Assembly: GCA_964016885.1 (NCBI GenBank)
Contig: OZ024741.1
Span: forward strand, 258,974,001-259,038,000
Length of the DNA stretch: 64,000 bases
Direction: 5' to 3'
From: Eledone cirrhosa
Lineage: Eukaryota
The notes below the pieces were generated by a model. That model saw nothing but the letters and a program-made list of their open reading frames with translations, had not been told where the DNA came from and made no database searches. This document shows, in pieces, positions 63,301 through 64,000 of the stretch. The position numbers were made by a program, and so were the translations under genes. Positions within the stretch are counted from its first letter, which is position 1; every line of letters begins with the position of its first letter.

Positions 63301-64000
63301 GTTAAAACACCAGTAAGTCAAAACACTCGTAAGTCGAAACACTCGTAAGCCGAAACACCGTAAGTCGAAACACCCGTATGTCGAAACACTCGTAAGCCGA
63401 AACACTCGTAAGTCGAAACACTCGTAGTCGAAACACTCGTAAGTCGAAACACCCGTAAGTCGAAACACTCGTAAGTCGAAACACTCGTAAGCCGAAACAC
63501 TCGTAAGTCGAAACACTCATAAGCCGAAACACTCGTAAGTCGAAACACTCGTAAGTCAGAACACTCGTAGTCAGAACACTCGTAAGTCAAACCACTCGTA
63601 AGCCGAAACACTCGTAAGTCGAAACACTCGTAAGTCGAAACACTCGTAAGTCGAAAAACTCGTAAGCCGGAACACTCGTAAGTCAGAACACTCGTAAGTC
63701 AGAACACTCGTAAGTCGAAACACTCGTAAGCCGAAACACCCGTAAGTCGAAACATTCGTAAGTCGAAACACCCGTAAGTCGAAACACTCGTAAGTCGAAA
63801 CACTCGTAAGTCGAAACACCGTAAGTCAAAACACTCGTATGTCGAAACATCCGTAAATCAGAACACTCCTAAGTCAAAACACTCGTAAGTCGAAACACTC
63901 GTAAGTCAAAAATACTCGTAAGTCGAAACACCCTTAAGTAAAAACACTCGTAAGTCGAAACACTCGTAAGCCGAAACACCCGTCAGTCAAAACACCCGTA

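Larger units (their letters stand above)
1..64000. repeat. 16-bp tandem satellite array, consensus AAACACTCGTAAGTCG, single orientation, running off both window ends
   Basis: The monomer is directly visible throughout. Common variants after TAAG are TCGA, CCGA, TCAA, TCAG and TCGG. Shortened monomers of 15, 14, 9 and 8 bp recur. No inversion was seen. Confidence 0.99.
53570..64000. repeat. Tandem duplication, period 5733 bp, second copy truncated by the window end; boundaries approximate
   Basis: Offsets 53798/59531, 54522/60255 and 57838/63571. Confidence 0.9.

Noticed and set aside
206-63819. Hundreds of minus-strand ORFs with LRVFRLTSVSTYECFD repeats (up to 285 aa)
   Set aside because: Three 16-bp monomers make a 48-bp stop-free period on the minus strand, so all three frames give the same peptide. 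The ORFs overlap in all frames, mostly use non-ATG starts and are broken by frequent indels. They are artefacts of the satellite.
1-64000. CRISPR array
   Set aside because: The repeats are contiguous with no unique spacers, the inserts are repeated rather than unique, and there are no cas genes.
1-64000. Telomerase-synthesised telomeric repeat (16-bp unit with strand skew)
   Set aside because: There is no G-run motif. Kb-scale duplications of variant patterns and embedded cassettes indicate recombinational amplification, and no chromosome end is visible.
1-64000. CENP-B box-like motif on the minus strand (TTCGACTTACGGG in CACCCG variants)
   Set aside because: The canonical TTCGNNNNANNCGGG spacing is not met (2 nt short), so the resemblance is superficial.

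Overview
This window is eukaryotic (probably animal/invertebrate) satellite DNA with no credible protein-coding or RNA gene. More than 85% of it is a single-orientation tandem array of a 16-bp monomer (consensus AAACACTCGTAAGTCG). The array is organised into nested higher-order repeats and segmental duplications with periods of about 2.45, 3.47, 5.1-5.9 and 9.2 kb. Two non-satellite cassettes interrupt it: a ~740-bp cassette (7 copies, all in the first 25.4 kb) and a 70-bp AT-rich cassette (21 copies). On the minus strand, the middle of each 740-bp cassette reads [hairpin]-CTAG|TCTATATATATAAAACTGAGGATGTCTGTCTGTGTG. This looks like a Helitron 3' end fused directly to a Helitron 5' end. If that reading is right, the true unit is a non-autonomous Helitron-like element that carries the 16-bp satellite inside it and is arranged head-to-tail, as in a rolling-circle concatemer. 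All ORFs in the track are artefacts of the stop-free minus-strand monomer.
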